This document shows positions 23,530 to 37,100 of a stretch of DNA of 64,000 nucleotides, in pieces (within the stretch, counting starts at the first letter, position 1; each line of letters begins with the position of its first letter). The notes below the pieces were generated by a model, which was given only the letters and a program-made list of their open reading frames with translations, made no database searches and was not told where the DNA came from. Made by a program: the position numbers and the translations under genes. Origin of the DNA: Octopus sinensis (lineage: Eukaryota); NCBI RefSeq assembly GCF_006345805.1, contig NC_043015.1, positions 33,170,001 to 33,234,000 of the forward strand, given 5' to 3'.

Positions 23530-24910
23530 GTAGGAAGGCAGGCAAACCACAAATACCTTCAGGTAGATGGCCCTGCTCAAACTGTAGAAAAGGTGTAGGT
23601 AGAAACTCTATAAGATGTACCCAGTGTAAGCTATGGACACATAAGAGGTGCAGCAATATCAAAGGAAGGCTAAATGGGAAGATAGTTTTTGAATGTAGCT
23701 GATACTCAGGAGCAATAAACACTGAAAATGTGCAGAGAACAACTTCCGCCACATTCCAGGGAGAAAAACTACAAGTAGTTGATAGCTTCTGTTACCTAGG
23801 TGACCAAGTCAGTAGCAGGGGAGAGTGTGTTGAAAGTGTAGCTGCTAGAATAAGAATAGCCTGGGCAAAGTTCAGAGAGCTCTTACCTCTGCCGGTGACA
23901 AAAGGCCTCTCACTCAGAGTAAAAGGTAGACTGTATGATGCATGTGTACGAACAGCCATGCTACATGGCAGTGAAACATGGGCCGTGACTGCTGAGGACA
24001 TGTGTAAGCTCACAAGGAATGAAGCCGATGGATGTGTGCATACTCGACAGAGTCTCAGTACCTTGAGGGAAAAGTTGGATCTAAGAAGCATCAGATATGG
24101 TGTGCAAGAGAGACAACTACGCTAGTATGGCCATATGGTGAGAATGGATGTGGATAGTTGTGGGAAAAAGTGCCACACCCTGGCGGTTGAGGTAAACCCA
24201 GGAAGACCTGGGATGAGGTGGTGAAGCATGACCTTCGAATATCGGGCCTCACCGAGGCAATGACTAGTGGCCAAGACCTTTGGAAATATGCTGTGTTTGA
24301 GAAGACTCGGCAAGCCCAAGTGAGACCATAACCTCGTGGCCTATGCCAGGGGTGTAACCAGCCCACTTATGCGTACCTTTTCCTTCTTTGGACACTAAAC
24401 TCTGCTTGTGAAGACCTGTTGAGGCAAGTGAAATTGAAATTGAAATCAAATTCAATTACTGGCATCTGTGCTAGTGGAGTGCTAAGAGTACCATCCGAGC
24501 ATGATCGTTGCCAGAGCAACAAACTGGCCTCCATGAAAGTGGCACATAAAAAGCACCATTCGAGCATGATCGTTGCCTTACTGGCACTTGTGCCAGTAGC
24601 ACGTGAAAAAACATCCAAGCGAGGTCGTTGCCAGTGCCGCTGGACTGGCTCCTGTGCAGGTGGCACATAAAAAGCACCATTTGAGTGTGGCTGTTGCCAG
24701 TACTGCCTGACTGACCCACGTGCCGGTGGCACATGAAAAGCACCCACTACACTCTTGGAGTGGTTAGTGTTAGGAAGGGCATCCAGCTGTAGAAACTCTG
24801 CCACATCAAGATTGGAGCCTGGTGCAGCCATCTGGTTCGCCAGCCCTCAGTCAAATCGTCCAACCCATGCCAGCATGGAAGGCGGGCGTTACACGATGAT
24901 GATGATGATG
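23530..24910 (+). mobile_element. 5'-truncated RTE-like LINE with a PHD-type finger in ORF2, long repeat-containing 3'UTR and (ATG)n tail
   Basis: WPCSNCRKGVGRNSIRCTQCKLWTHKRC.. then EKLQVVDSFCYLGDQV..RIRIAWAKFRELLP..KGRLYDACVRTAMLHGSETW. The 3'UTR has ~60-bp repeats (gtggcacataaaaagcacc) and ends gatgatgatg. Related copies: about 32110-33133(-), 43880-44330(-), 28325-28745(-); UTR-only at about 22235-22430, 25480-25910, 33500-33780, 36700-36810, 40610-40830, 44500-44690, 63670-63800. Confidence 0.85.
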
Positions 24911-27900
24911 AATATCATTATTATTATTATATGTACATTTTATATTTCATATCAATAAAAGAAATTATTATCAATTTCTTTTCCAATATTATTATTTTCA
25001 CAATTCAAATGGCTCCAAGGTCAGCATTGTTTTTCAAACTTCCCTCAAAAACAGTCAATAAAATCAGTACCACATGAATGCTAGAATCAATATATTGATT
25101 TATACCCGGACCCTTTAAAGTTTGGCCTTGCCATTACAATTAGAGAGAACATCTATTGTTGTTCTCCACCAGTCTTATGTTTATTGCATGCTTTGACTGC
25201 ACACCTCAGTGCACGTCTATGCGCTGCAGCTCTGTGCATTACTTTGATACGGTTTTATTCTCTTTTATTTTTCAAAGCAATCTACGTAACATGTTTAGTG
25301 TCCAACGGTACTGTTTCTTGTACTTGGTAGGTATTACTCTCTGCAATATCTATTTTGTGCTTGGGTTATTTTGCTGTTACGTAATATCAGAACAGCTAAC
25401 GGGCTGAGGTAGTTTGAAAGATTCTAGTTTCATATTTGGTCATCAGGTTGGCAATGGAGGCAGCAGAGGTAGCCTCAAGGTAGCAGTAGATCAGGATGTG
25501 TGAGCCATGCACCAGCTTCACAGCCCCAGCCCTTCCAAAATGCCTTGGATCACAGGACGGCCTGCTGTACTTACCTTGGATCATGGGGCAAACTGCTGTG
25601 TTTGAGGAGACCTGTTGAGTCAAGTACATCAACATCAAAAGATCAAATGGAAATTGTAGTTGTGATACCTGTGCCAGTGGCACGTAAAATGCACCATCCG
25701 TACGTGGCTGATGCCAGTGCCACCAGACTGGCTCCTGTGCCGGTGGCACGTAAAATGCACCCACTACACTCACAGAGTGGTTGGCGTTAGGAAGGGCATC
25801 CAGCTGTAGAAATCATGTCAGATCAGACTGGAGCCTGGTGCAGCCTCCTGGCTTCCCAGAACCGTCCAACCCACGCTAGCATGGAAAACGGACGTTAAAT
25901 GATGATAATGATGAAGATGAAAGCATGAAAAGCAAAGTCAACCATGGCGACATTTGAACATAGAGCCAGAAAAAATGCGCTAAGTATTTCGTCTGACATG
26001 CCAACCATTCTTCCGGTTTACCATTCTTTATCGGTATAATTAATAGATTTATAAACAAACTTACAAAGTATTGAATTGAGATGCCTTATTATCCTCTTTC
26101 TATTTTTTGGAATAATGTACATTTTATATTGCTTAATATAGTCGGGTGGGACAGAATGAGTAAGATTTACTGCATTTTTGACTTTGGAAAAAAAAACATT
26201 GTTTTACAAATGTTCATTATCTTATAAAAACTATGTCACATAAAAACTAAGCAAATGGCCTTCTATTTAATGCATTAAAAACACTATAACATAATCTGAC
26301 CACTATTTCACAAAATGATTGCTATTCTCTTTGAGCATATAAAAGACAAATTTAGCTGGGGAAAAATGAATAAGACAAGATAAGGCATATTTGCCTCTCT
26401 GATTCTCCAGGATTACATTTGAGAGAAAACTCATGCCCATCAATATCCATCCTTAGACATCAGAAGGATCAGAAATGCAACAAATACGGAAAAAGATCAT
26501 GGCAAAATGGCACATAATACGAAATAAACGGAACTCAACTAAATATACAAACCCACCATAAAATAGTCTTTACAGCTTCTTCACAATCTGCCACACACCA
26601 TGCAGTTAAAGAGAAAGAATCATTAAAATTAATCGTTACTCATTTTGCCCCAGTTTTGGAAATTGTTTAAGGTATTGAAAATTACTAAATTGGACATTAG
26701 TGTGGGGGAAAATTGAATATGAGAAAAGAATATTGATTGTTAAACACGAAAAATTATCCAGATATTTTATTAGCAGCCTTAATTACAAGCAGGTCAAAGT
26801 CGAAGAAAAAAAAACCCCAAAAAACTTGACACCTGAATACGTTTTGGACTTTCCCAACTTCATCAACAACAACAACTATTGTGACCCATTTTTACTTTTA
26901 AGATGATGCAACAGTACGAAATGAAGGCGCAATATTTGCAAAGTAATGGTTTCAAATAGGAAGAAAAGAAAACAGAAATTACTCATTCTACCCCAGTTAC
27001 CAATTCTTCCCTACTTTTTCCTTCTTACAGATTCTGAATAACAAATAAAATCTGAGGACAATTTTTCTTCAGATAAAGATTTTAGGAAAAACAAAGTAAA
27101 GTAGAGGGAAGAGTAAATAAAAAAAACTCCTCACTGAACCAAGTGATTATCGTTGCTAATGAAGTGAGCAAATTTTATTTGATTGAGTTGAATGGCTATG
27201 CGAATAAGTGTGACAAGAGTTATTTCCCTTCGATCAGATATTTCCCCCACCAAGGAAAATTCAAGGGACATAACTCCGTGTGAAATAATAGTTTTGCATG
27301 GATGAGAATTGCTTTGTGGTCGGTTATTCGATGTGTTTGAAGTAGCAGCCAGATATCCCTCAAATGATATCCTAATGTGTTATGTATAGGACATATTTAA
27401 CAATTTTGTCCTGATACACAAAGTGGTATAATGCTCGCGACAAAAATGGCCTCTGATTACAGGTTTTTTAAGTATAATTGAGAGGGAGACAGACATATAC
27501 ACACAGCAAAAAAGAAGGGTCACAGTAAAGAGGCATTAGATACGGACAGACACAATGCAATGTCTTTCTGTTTTTTATATTATATTGTAAAAGAGCCCCT
27601 TCGATCATGAATGACCATGGAATTGCACCCAGAAAGTTACCCTCCGAGACACAAGTCCGGACAGGGTTGTTTTTTTATGGCAGACCAGCAGTCCTCGTGC
27701 ATGACAACATCTCCTCTCCACGCCATTGATGTTATCCAAGAGAAAGGCCGATACAGCTTGGCACCAGTAACGTTGCAACTCATTTCTACAGCTGAGTGAA
27801 CTGGAACAATGTGAAATAAATTGCTCTGCTCAAGAACGCAACACACAGCCCAGTCCAGGAAGCGAACCCGCAACCACATGGTTGTGAGCCAGACACTCTA

Positions 27901-30024
27901 ACCACTAAGCCATGCACCTTCACTTATTGTATTGTATGTTAATGATATTGTATTATATTATATATATCATCATCATCACTAACGTTTAACTTTCGTTTCC
28001 AATACTGGCGTAGTCTGGGCAATTTGATATGAGTTGGTGTTTGTATGGCTGGATGCCCTTCCTAACGCCAACCATTCAACAGAGTGTACTGAGGGCTTTG
28101 TACATGGCACCAACACTTGTGAGGTCACCAAGTAATTTGCAAAGCAAAGACTCCTCAATTGAGATGGGGAGTAATATTGGAAGGTGGCCTTGTTTCAAGT
28201 GATAAGAGTTTAAACTATGATGGAGGAACAGAAACAAGTGTCTTGCTGAAGAAAATATATATGATTGCCCCAGTCAGAGAGAGAGAAGATGGTAGTGATG
28301 TACCAGGGCGTATCCTCAAGGTATAAGGAAGTCATCATCATCATTTAACCTCTGTTTTCCATGCTGGCATGGGATAGACGGTTTGAATCAAGCTGATAAG
28401 CCAGAGAATAGCACCAGACTCCAGTCTGTTTTGGCTTGGTTTCTATGACTGTGTGCCCTTCCTAACACCACCACTCCACAGAGTATACTGGGTGTCTTTT
28501 ACATATCACTGGCACAGGTGCCTTCTATGAGTCACTGGCACAGGTGCCTTTCATGTGTCACCAGTCCTGGCTACAATCACGGTTTATTTAGCTTGATGTC
28601 TTCTCAAGCACAGCAATTCTCCAGGAGTCTCGGTCACTTGTCATCTCCTCTGTGAGACTCAACATCCGAAGATCCCATTTCACCATCTTGTCTCACGTCT
28701 TCCTGGGTCCACTTCTTCCACAAGTTCTCTCCATTCCATAAAAGCTTTGGAAGCAGAGGTTCTGGAAAATCGTTGTTGGAGCCACAGGTCAACCTTGATG
28801 TAGTAGACCTATGAAAAGGTAATTCAGCCATGACTGTCCTGTCTTTCAAATTATCAAAGGCTACAGTATATAAGCATTTTTTTCTTTTGATGCTGGAATG
28901 TCATTTGAAAATGTATGTGGCTGTTATGTCTAGCAGATCTAGAGACCATGCAGAAATTTCTTCATGGGTTCATTTCAGTATTGATTCAACAGATCATTAA
29001 CCAAAGACATTCCTGCTATAACCATCCTATCTTTTATTCAGACATAATGTATCTAGAACTACATTGTTTTATCTGTCATCTTTCACTTGTTTCGGTCACT
29101 AGACTGTGGCCATGCTGGAGCACTGCCTTGGAGAATTTGTTTAGTTGAATGAATCGACCCCAGTACTTTTTTTAAATAACCTGGTATTTATTCCATCACT
29201 CTCTTTTGCCAAACCACTAAGCTGCGGGGACATAAACACACTAACACCAGCTGTCAAGTGGTGGTGGGGCGCACACACACACACACGATGGGCTTCTTCC
29301 AGTTTCTGTCTACCATATCCATTCACAAGGCTTTGGTTGGCCCAAGGCTGTAGTAGAAGGCACTTGCCCCTGGTGCCATGCAGTTGGAAGGAACCTGAAA
29401 CCATTGTGGTTGGAAAGCAAGCTTCTTACCATGCCTGCACTATGTCTGTACTTACAAATTACAAATACAGTAGAACCTTGCAAATTGAAGGAATTTATTT
29501 GAGATGATACACAGGCATGGTTGTGTGGTTAAGGAGTTTGCTTTGCAACCACACCTTTTCAGGTTCAATCCCACTGTACAGTATTTGTTTTCTGCTATGG
29601 CCCCTGCTTGACCAATGCTTTGTGCATAAATCTGGTAGATGCAAACTGTGTTGGAACCCATCGTGTATATGTATATATATATCTGTGTGTGTGTATTTGT
29701 GTTTGTTTCTCCCCCCCACCCCACCACCACCACTTGACAACCAGTGTTGATATATTCTACATTCGCGTAACTTAGCAGTTTGGCCAAAGGGACCAATGGG
29801 AGAAGTACCAGATTAAAAAATAAGTCCTGGGATCGATTTATTTGACTAAACCCTTTCAGGCGATGCCCCACAGTAGCCACAATCCAGTGATGGAAGCAAA
29901 TAATTGATAAAAAATTATCTAATTACTGTCAGACACTGGCAACGATTTTTAAAACGCAAGAATGACAACCAAGGGACACAACTCTGAAATGTTCAACCGA
30001 GTGAATCTTCTGTACGCTATAAAC

Positions 30025-30355
30025 CAATGACTCTCAACCTTTTTTTTCACCTGTGGACCCACTCGTTTACTATTTTATTCTGGTGGACCCCCACGGCCAT
30101 TCGATGCTTAAAAACTAGTTTTATAGAAACTTCTTTCAAAATTCCTATTTTGTTTTTCACACATTCCCTTTTGTAGGCTGAACTGTGTAAAATGTTGGGG
30201 GAAAAAAACCTAACTGTTTCGTGTAATACATACCAATCCATACATCTAAATCAAAAATTTTTTCAAGGACCCTTAATATACAACTGTGACTCCCCAGTTT
30301 ACTATTTTGCTCGCATAGACCCACAATGAACCCCTAGGGTCATATAGACCCATTG
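30025..30355. mobile_element. hAT-type MITE with 8-bp TSD CTATAAAC
   Basis: TSD at 30017-30024 and 30356-30363; termini caatg..cattg; interior shared with the 57031-57309 copy. Confidence 0.8.
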
Positions 30356-33260
30356 CTATAAACAAAACCGTGTGGAGTGGGTTTGGTCTCAAAACCCAAC
30401 AACTGAAAGCAATAAACATGTTGAAAAGCCGACAGGAATAAACGGACTATTTTTATAAACCATCTTTTGAACGATTAATCGTCTTTTACCAACTTCTACG
30501 ATGTTGTTTATGCTCTCAGGCATTAGTTTTGTTCAATCAAAAACAGGCCATTTTTTTTTTCAGACAAAGTATATTTTACACACAACATGTATTGTTAAAG
30601 GTTACCTGTGGGCCAGCTGAGGTCAGCTGGGGTTAGCTGCTGTCACAGAAGGGTTGTTTCTAAAACCGCCGGCACCACCAAATCAGTGAATACTGCTAAC
30701 AATATAAATGGCTGGTTTGTCTTTGAACAACACCAGAAATCTTAATATTTGTATTAAAAAAAAACAAAAAAACTTATAGAGGCAGAAGGGAAAAAGGAAG
30801 AAAGATGTATTTAGATATAGGTGCAGGCAACTTGCTTCCCAACCACATTTGGATTTGATAGATAGAAACCCCCAAAAAGCTCATCGTATATGTGTTTGTG
30901 TGTGTGTCTTTGTGCTTGTGTTTGTTCCCCCTTACAGCTTGACAATCAATGTTGGTTTGTTTATGTCCCTTTAATGTAGCAGTTTTGCAAAAGAGACCAA
31001 TAGAATAAGTACTAGGCTTTAAAAAATAAATCTTGGGGTCAATTTGTTCAACTAAAACCCTTCAAGGCAGTGCTCCAACATGGCCACAGTAAACTGACTG
31101 AAACAGATAAAATAATATATGGATGATAATGGTGATGATGATTTATATACGTATAACATTATAGATTGATGGAGGTGATGAAAAGTGGTAAGAAAGAAAT
31201 GTGGAAGGGAAAAGTGAATTTCAGAAAGAAGCAATGAAGGAAAGAAAAGAAAAAGGGAGGAATGCTATGAAGAAAATGAATGAATGAAAGAAATACATTA
31301 TTATTAATCCATTCCGTGAAAGATAATCTCCCACCACCACTCCTCACGTCTGTCTGTCTGTCTTTCTCTCTGTTTTGTTTCTCTCTCTCACACACACTAG
31401 CTGCCATCCTCTTATAATCTGTCCCATAATCTCAACTAATTCCAATATGAAGAAATATTGGTTATTGAAGAAGAATTCAGTGTCATTTATTGACCAGAAC
31501 TTGGTATATTCCTACTGTTAAATCAATAATAAAGCCAATTGGTTGTCAATTTTTACTGAGTATTGATCATTATTGATCTGAATATAAAGTAGAAAGCTCA
31601 CAGAATAACAGATTATGCCGGACAAGATACTTCGTAGCATTTCTTCTGGTTTTGCATTCTGAGTTCAAATTCTGCCCATCATCATTTTGGTGTCAATGAG
31701 GTAAGTACCAGTTGCATACTGGGGTTGATGTAATTGGCTAGCCTCCTCCCCTGGAGATTTCAAGCCTTGTGCTTATAGCAGAAAGGATTACTGGTCTGAC
31801 TATTTTGGATACAGCTCAAACCAGTTCTTGTGGAAGGTACAGGGTGTTTATAGAGCTGATTAAAAGGTATCTGTGAAGGTGCATGGCTCAGTGGTTAGAG
31901 CATTCGGCTCACAATCATGAGGTTGTAAGATCAGTTCGTGGACTGGGCCGTGTGTTGTTCTTGAGCAAGACACTTTATTTTGCATTGCTCCTATTCACTC
32001 AGCTGTAGAAACGAGTTACCTTAGGTAAGAATAGCTTGAATGGACCAACCCCAAGTTTGAGTTTCTCTGTAGGAGGAAAGAACAGGGGAAAGGCCATTTT
32101 GATGCCTTAGATGTGACAGTGTGGCATGGGTTGGAAGGTTTGACAGGGGTTGGCCAGGTAGGAGCCTGCAGCAGACTTCTGAGTGTTTTGGCAGGGTTTT
32201 TTTATGGCTGGATGCTCTTCCTAACACCAACCACCCACCAGAATGGACTGAATGCTTTTTACGTTTCACAAGCATAGGTGAGGTCAGTTTGGGCAAGGTG
32301 CTTACAGCTAGATGCCTTTCCAAATGCCAACCACTTTAAAGTGTGGCATCAGCACTGACAGGGTCTCTTGCAAGACAAAAATCCATTTAGAGGGGAGGGG
32401 GCATTGGAGGAGGTGATCTTGTGTCAGCTGATGAAAGGTTATAGTGAGACAGAAACAGGTGCCTTGCTGTAGGGGAGGTACATGGTTACCTGGCTGGAGA
32501 GAGAGAGATGGTGGGAGTGGAGGAGAGCTACCGGATAACGATGATACAGTGAACAAGGCCATGAGGACAGGATTGAGGAGTGAGAGGTAAGCATGGTGCA
32601 TGGAGGAAGAGAAGGGATATAGGTTGGTTTGTTGTGGTAGGGTGTGTGAAAAGTTTTCTTGTTACAGGTGGGTGGGATACGCGGTGCTTGTGGAACTCAG
32701 TTTCACTGGCATGGGTGGGTCTTCTCAAGAACCTCATATTGCCAGACATCTCGTTCCATTGTCATCTCCTTGAGGCCCAACATTCTGAGATCAGTCCTCA
32801 CCACTTCATCCCATGTCTTCCTGGTTCCCCGTCTTCCATGGGTACCATCCACTCTCAGTAATCAGCACTTCTTTATACAACTGTCCTCATTCATACACAT
32901 CACATGTCCAACCCAACTTTTACCTCTTGCATACAGCATTTGATTCCTCCTCTGCCCAACCTTTTCTCTCTATACATTTGCACTTTGTGATACATGTGCA
33001 CTCATGTAGCACATCCAATGGAACTTGCTACTTTCATTTCTCTCCAGTGTCTTCTGCATTCAGATCCCATGTCTCACTACCATGGAGTATAAGCCGTTCA
33101 CACACAAGCATCATACAGTCTACCTTTCACTCTGATGCAGGCATGGCTGTGTGGTAAGAAGCTTGCTTCTTGACCACATGGTTCTGGGTTCAGTTCCACA
33201 GTGTGGCATCTTGGGAAAACGTCTTGTTATAGCCTCAGGCCAACCAAAGCCTGTTGTATT

Positions 33261-33295
<35 letters not shown>

Positions 33296-34117
33296 TTTTG
33301 TGTTTGTCACCCCACCCCCAAAACCACTACTACCACCACCACTTGACTACTGGTGTTGGTGTGTTTGAGTCCCCATAACTTAGTGGCTTGTTTTATCCTT
33401 GACCATTCCATCTTACATTTGGGCCTCACCGAGGAAAGGGGACAAGGGACAGGGAGTTGTGGGGGATTTGTTGTACTTGAAAAAAATGTGCCAAGCTAAG
33501 TAAAATTGCAGTCGTCCATACATACAGGTGTGTCCTTCGCTTGTGCTGGTGCCATGTCAAATGCACTCATGTCAGTGGCACTGCATAAATGCATTTGTGC
33601 TGGTGGCACATAAAATGCACCCAGTACACTCTGTTAAGTGGTTGGAATTAAGAAGGGCATCCAGCCATAGAAACCATGCTATAACAGACAATTGGAGCTT
33701 GGACAGCTTTCGGGTTGGCCAGCTCCTGTCAAAGCATCCAACCCATGCTAGCATGGAAAATGGACATTAAATGATGATGATGAATATACATTCTGGCTGA
33801 GTAATCCTAGCATTTTTATTAGGTTTCCCTTCATATTGCCTTAGGGAGTCTTGCTCCCTCTCTCTATTGGGGAACTTTTATTGGTAAAGAACTGCTATAT
33901 ACAAGTTATCCAGTAGAGTGTAATTTGAAGGCAGTAAGCCTGTTATTTCTAGCAGATCAACTGTCTACATTGCATCTCCTTCATCCAACTCTTTCATTTG
34001 CATCAAGAGAAGTTCTTGTCTGTCTGAAATCTGCAAACATCATGATAAGAAACAATTATTTTCCTCATCCAGTATCAAAACCTATGCTGCTTGTAGTAGT
34101 AGTAGTAGCAGCAGTAT

Positions 34118-34173
<56 letters not shown>

Positions 34174-37100
34174 GTAGCAGCAGGAGCAGTAGTAGAAGGA
34201 GAATGTGCTTGAGGTGGAAGGAATGAGGTAAAACAAAAAGTAAGAAGAGGTGTAATTTAAATGTCAAAGTTATATAATGAGTCTGATGTGGAGCTAATTT
34301 TAGTCTGGAATTATCCAAACAGGCGATTTAGTGTGGCTGTAGGTCAGACATTAACAATTAATGAAGTAAATTAACTGGGGGAAAGATTAATTCTCATATT
34401 TGTCACATGTTTCTCATTAATGAAAAGTTTAGCGATATCTATTCAGTGTTGCACTGTAATTTCGTAAATGTATCTCACCCCCGACCTCACATTTTATCCG
34501 AATTTCTTCTTCAGTCGACAACTAAATGAATGGCGTCTGTTTGAAAGTCTTATTAAATTGAAACTGAGGAATTAATGGGTCTTTCTTTGAGATTTTTGAT
34601 GCAATGATAAATGGTGTTTTATTGCTGTACATTTCCGCTAAACATCACCCACCACCACCACCACTGCCGCTATCTTCCTCCTCTTTATCATCATCATCAT
34701 CATCATCGATGTTGTCATTATCATCATCGTTTCTCCTCTACCCCTTCATCGTATCCACCATTGCCATCATGCTACTCCTAATCATCATCATTATTATCAT
34801 CATCATCATTATCCTCTTCTTCATTGTCATCATCATAATCAGTGTTATCATCATCCTCATCACCACCACCCTCATTTTCAAGGTATTCCAGCGATGACCA
34901 TCCTGTCATTGGTCCTGTCAGCACTAATCCAACAGACCCCAAAATGAAAGGCATCCCATCTTTTCAAACCACTGCACAGAATGTGCTCCTTCTCTTTTTA
35001 AGACAGTAGGGTGTGTATTTTGAGAGAGGTGTGGCTGTTATTTCCTGCAGGTTGAGTGATCAAGTAGTTGGTAGCAGTGATGGCAGTAATAACAGTAGGG
35101 TGATGACAGCAAAGTGATGACAGTGTAATGATGACAATGGAGAGAGCTTTATGATGACAGCATGTGGATGGCAGTGAGCTGCTGACCATGGTGATGACAA
35201 GTGGGGTGACAGCAATGTAGGGATGTGTCCATGTTTGTGTTTGTTTCCCCTACTTTTTGGCAACCAACGTTGGTTTGTTTCGCTCCGTTGATAACGAGGG
35301 TTCCAGTTGATCCGATCAACAAAACAGGAAGCTTGTAAAATTAACATGCAAGTGGCTGAGCGCTCCACAGACATGCATACCTTTAACGTAGTTCTTGGGT
35401 AGATTCAGCATAACACAGAATGTGACAAGGTTGGCCCTTTCAAATACAGGTACAACTCATTTTTGCTAGCTGAGTGGACTGGAGTAATGTGAAATAAAAT
35501 GTCTTACTCAAGGACACAACGCATCACCGAGAATTGAACCCATGACACTGCAATCATGAGCAGAATACCCTAACCACTAGGCCACATACCATCGCATTGA
35601 TTTGCTTATGTCCCCCATAACTTAGCAGTTCAGAAAAAAGAGATTAATAGAATAAATACCAGACTTTAAAATAAGTCCTGGGGTTGATTTTTTTTTTTTT
35701 TACTAGATCCTTCAAGAGGGCGCCCCTGTATAGCTGCAGTCTAATGAGGGAAACAAGTAAAAGATAAAAATTGCTAATTAAACTTCTGACTCCACAATTG
35801 TTAATGAGAAGGAGTTAATATCTACATTGTATTTGTTAATTAGCAGTGATTATAGACCAATGGCTTTAAAAAGGAGAATCTGTTGGTCATTGACCTTCAT
35901 AAACTGTTAATTAGTATATGTTAATTACTGACATTTAAGGTGATTACTTTGTTATTATTGACCACAGAAGTGAACTTAAGTAAGTAATCAACGCAATATG
36001 GCTAATGAATTGTCACAGTGAATACTTAATCAGTGAGCTTGACCACTAAGCAGCAAGGAGCAGTTAATGAATGGCATGCGGGAGTGGGTGGTTAATTAGA
36101 GAAGCTTATTTACAAAGTTTTAATAATTTGTTGATTGAATCAGTTTTTATGTATCAATAATGACCAGCAGAACATTTGACTGGTCAGTGGTTCTGTGGAC
36201 ATGAACGACTGTTAAGTAGATGACCATGAGCAATTTAGTTTCTGTCACTGATTTCATTAAGATGCATCATCACCATCATCACCACCACTACCACCACCTA
36301 TTTCTTTACTACCCACAAGGGGCTAAACACAGAGGGGACAAACAAGGACAGACAAACGGATTAAGTCGATTATATCGACCCCAGTGCATAACTGGTACTT
36401 AATTTATCAACCCCGAAAGGATGATAGGTAAACTCGACCTCGGCGGAATTTGAACTCAGAACGTAACGGCAGACGAAACACCCGGCATGCTAACAATTCT
36501 GCCAGCTCGCCACCCTACAATTACCACCACCAATACCACCACCATTAACAACAACATCACCACTAGCACCGTTACCACCAGCACTGTGTTGTTATGGACT
36601 TGTAGTGGATATGGATGATGACAGTTGAGGAAAGAGATTGGCAGGAGATCCGAGTTGAAGACATAAGCAAAGGTGATGGAAGCTGATCTCATGGCTGTTG
36701 GACTTCCCAAAGGAGATGATAAAAGAAGTGCCAAGATGCTGAGTTGGAGAAGACCTGTCCAACCCATGCAAGCATGAAAAATGCATGGATAAATGAAGAT
36801 GATTAATGATGATGACGACAATGACGGTCACAGTGATGTATTTAAGAAAATCTGACTCGAGCGTGAAAAACATAATCTCACTTAATCCAAGCAAAATGCT
36901 TAATCCGAAAAGGCTTCAGAAACTCAGATACTTGCTCACTTGACCAGGTATGTATGGTCAGCTCAGTCACCCAGTAACCTTTTAGCATTTAAACCAGCTA
37001 CATTAGGCTAAAATATTCTGTTTTATGTTCAGATTAGCCAGATCTGGCCTTTCACACCTACTCTACAATGTCATTCAAAAAATAAACAATCACGCGCGTG

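Noticed and set aside
26413-27115. Three strong plus-strand acceptors (near 26412, 26901, 27030)
   Set aside because: Frames close quickly or lack good donors, and no consistent model could be built. They could be UTR or non-coding exons, but this is unsupported.
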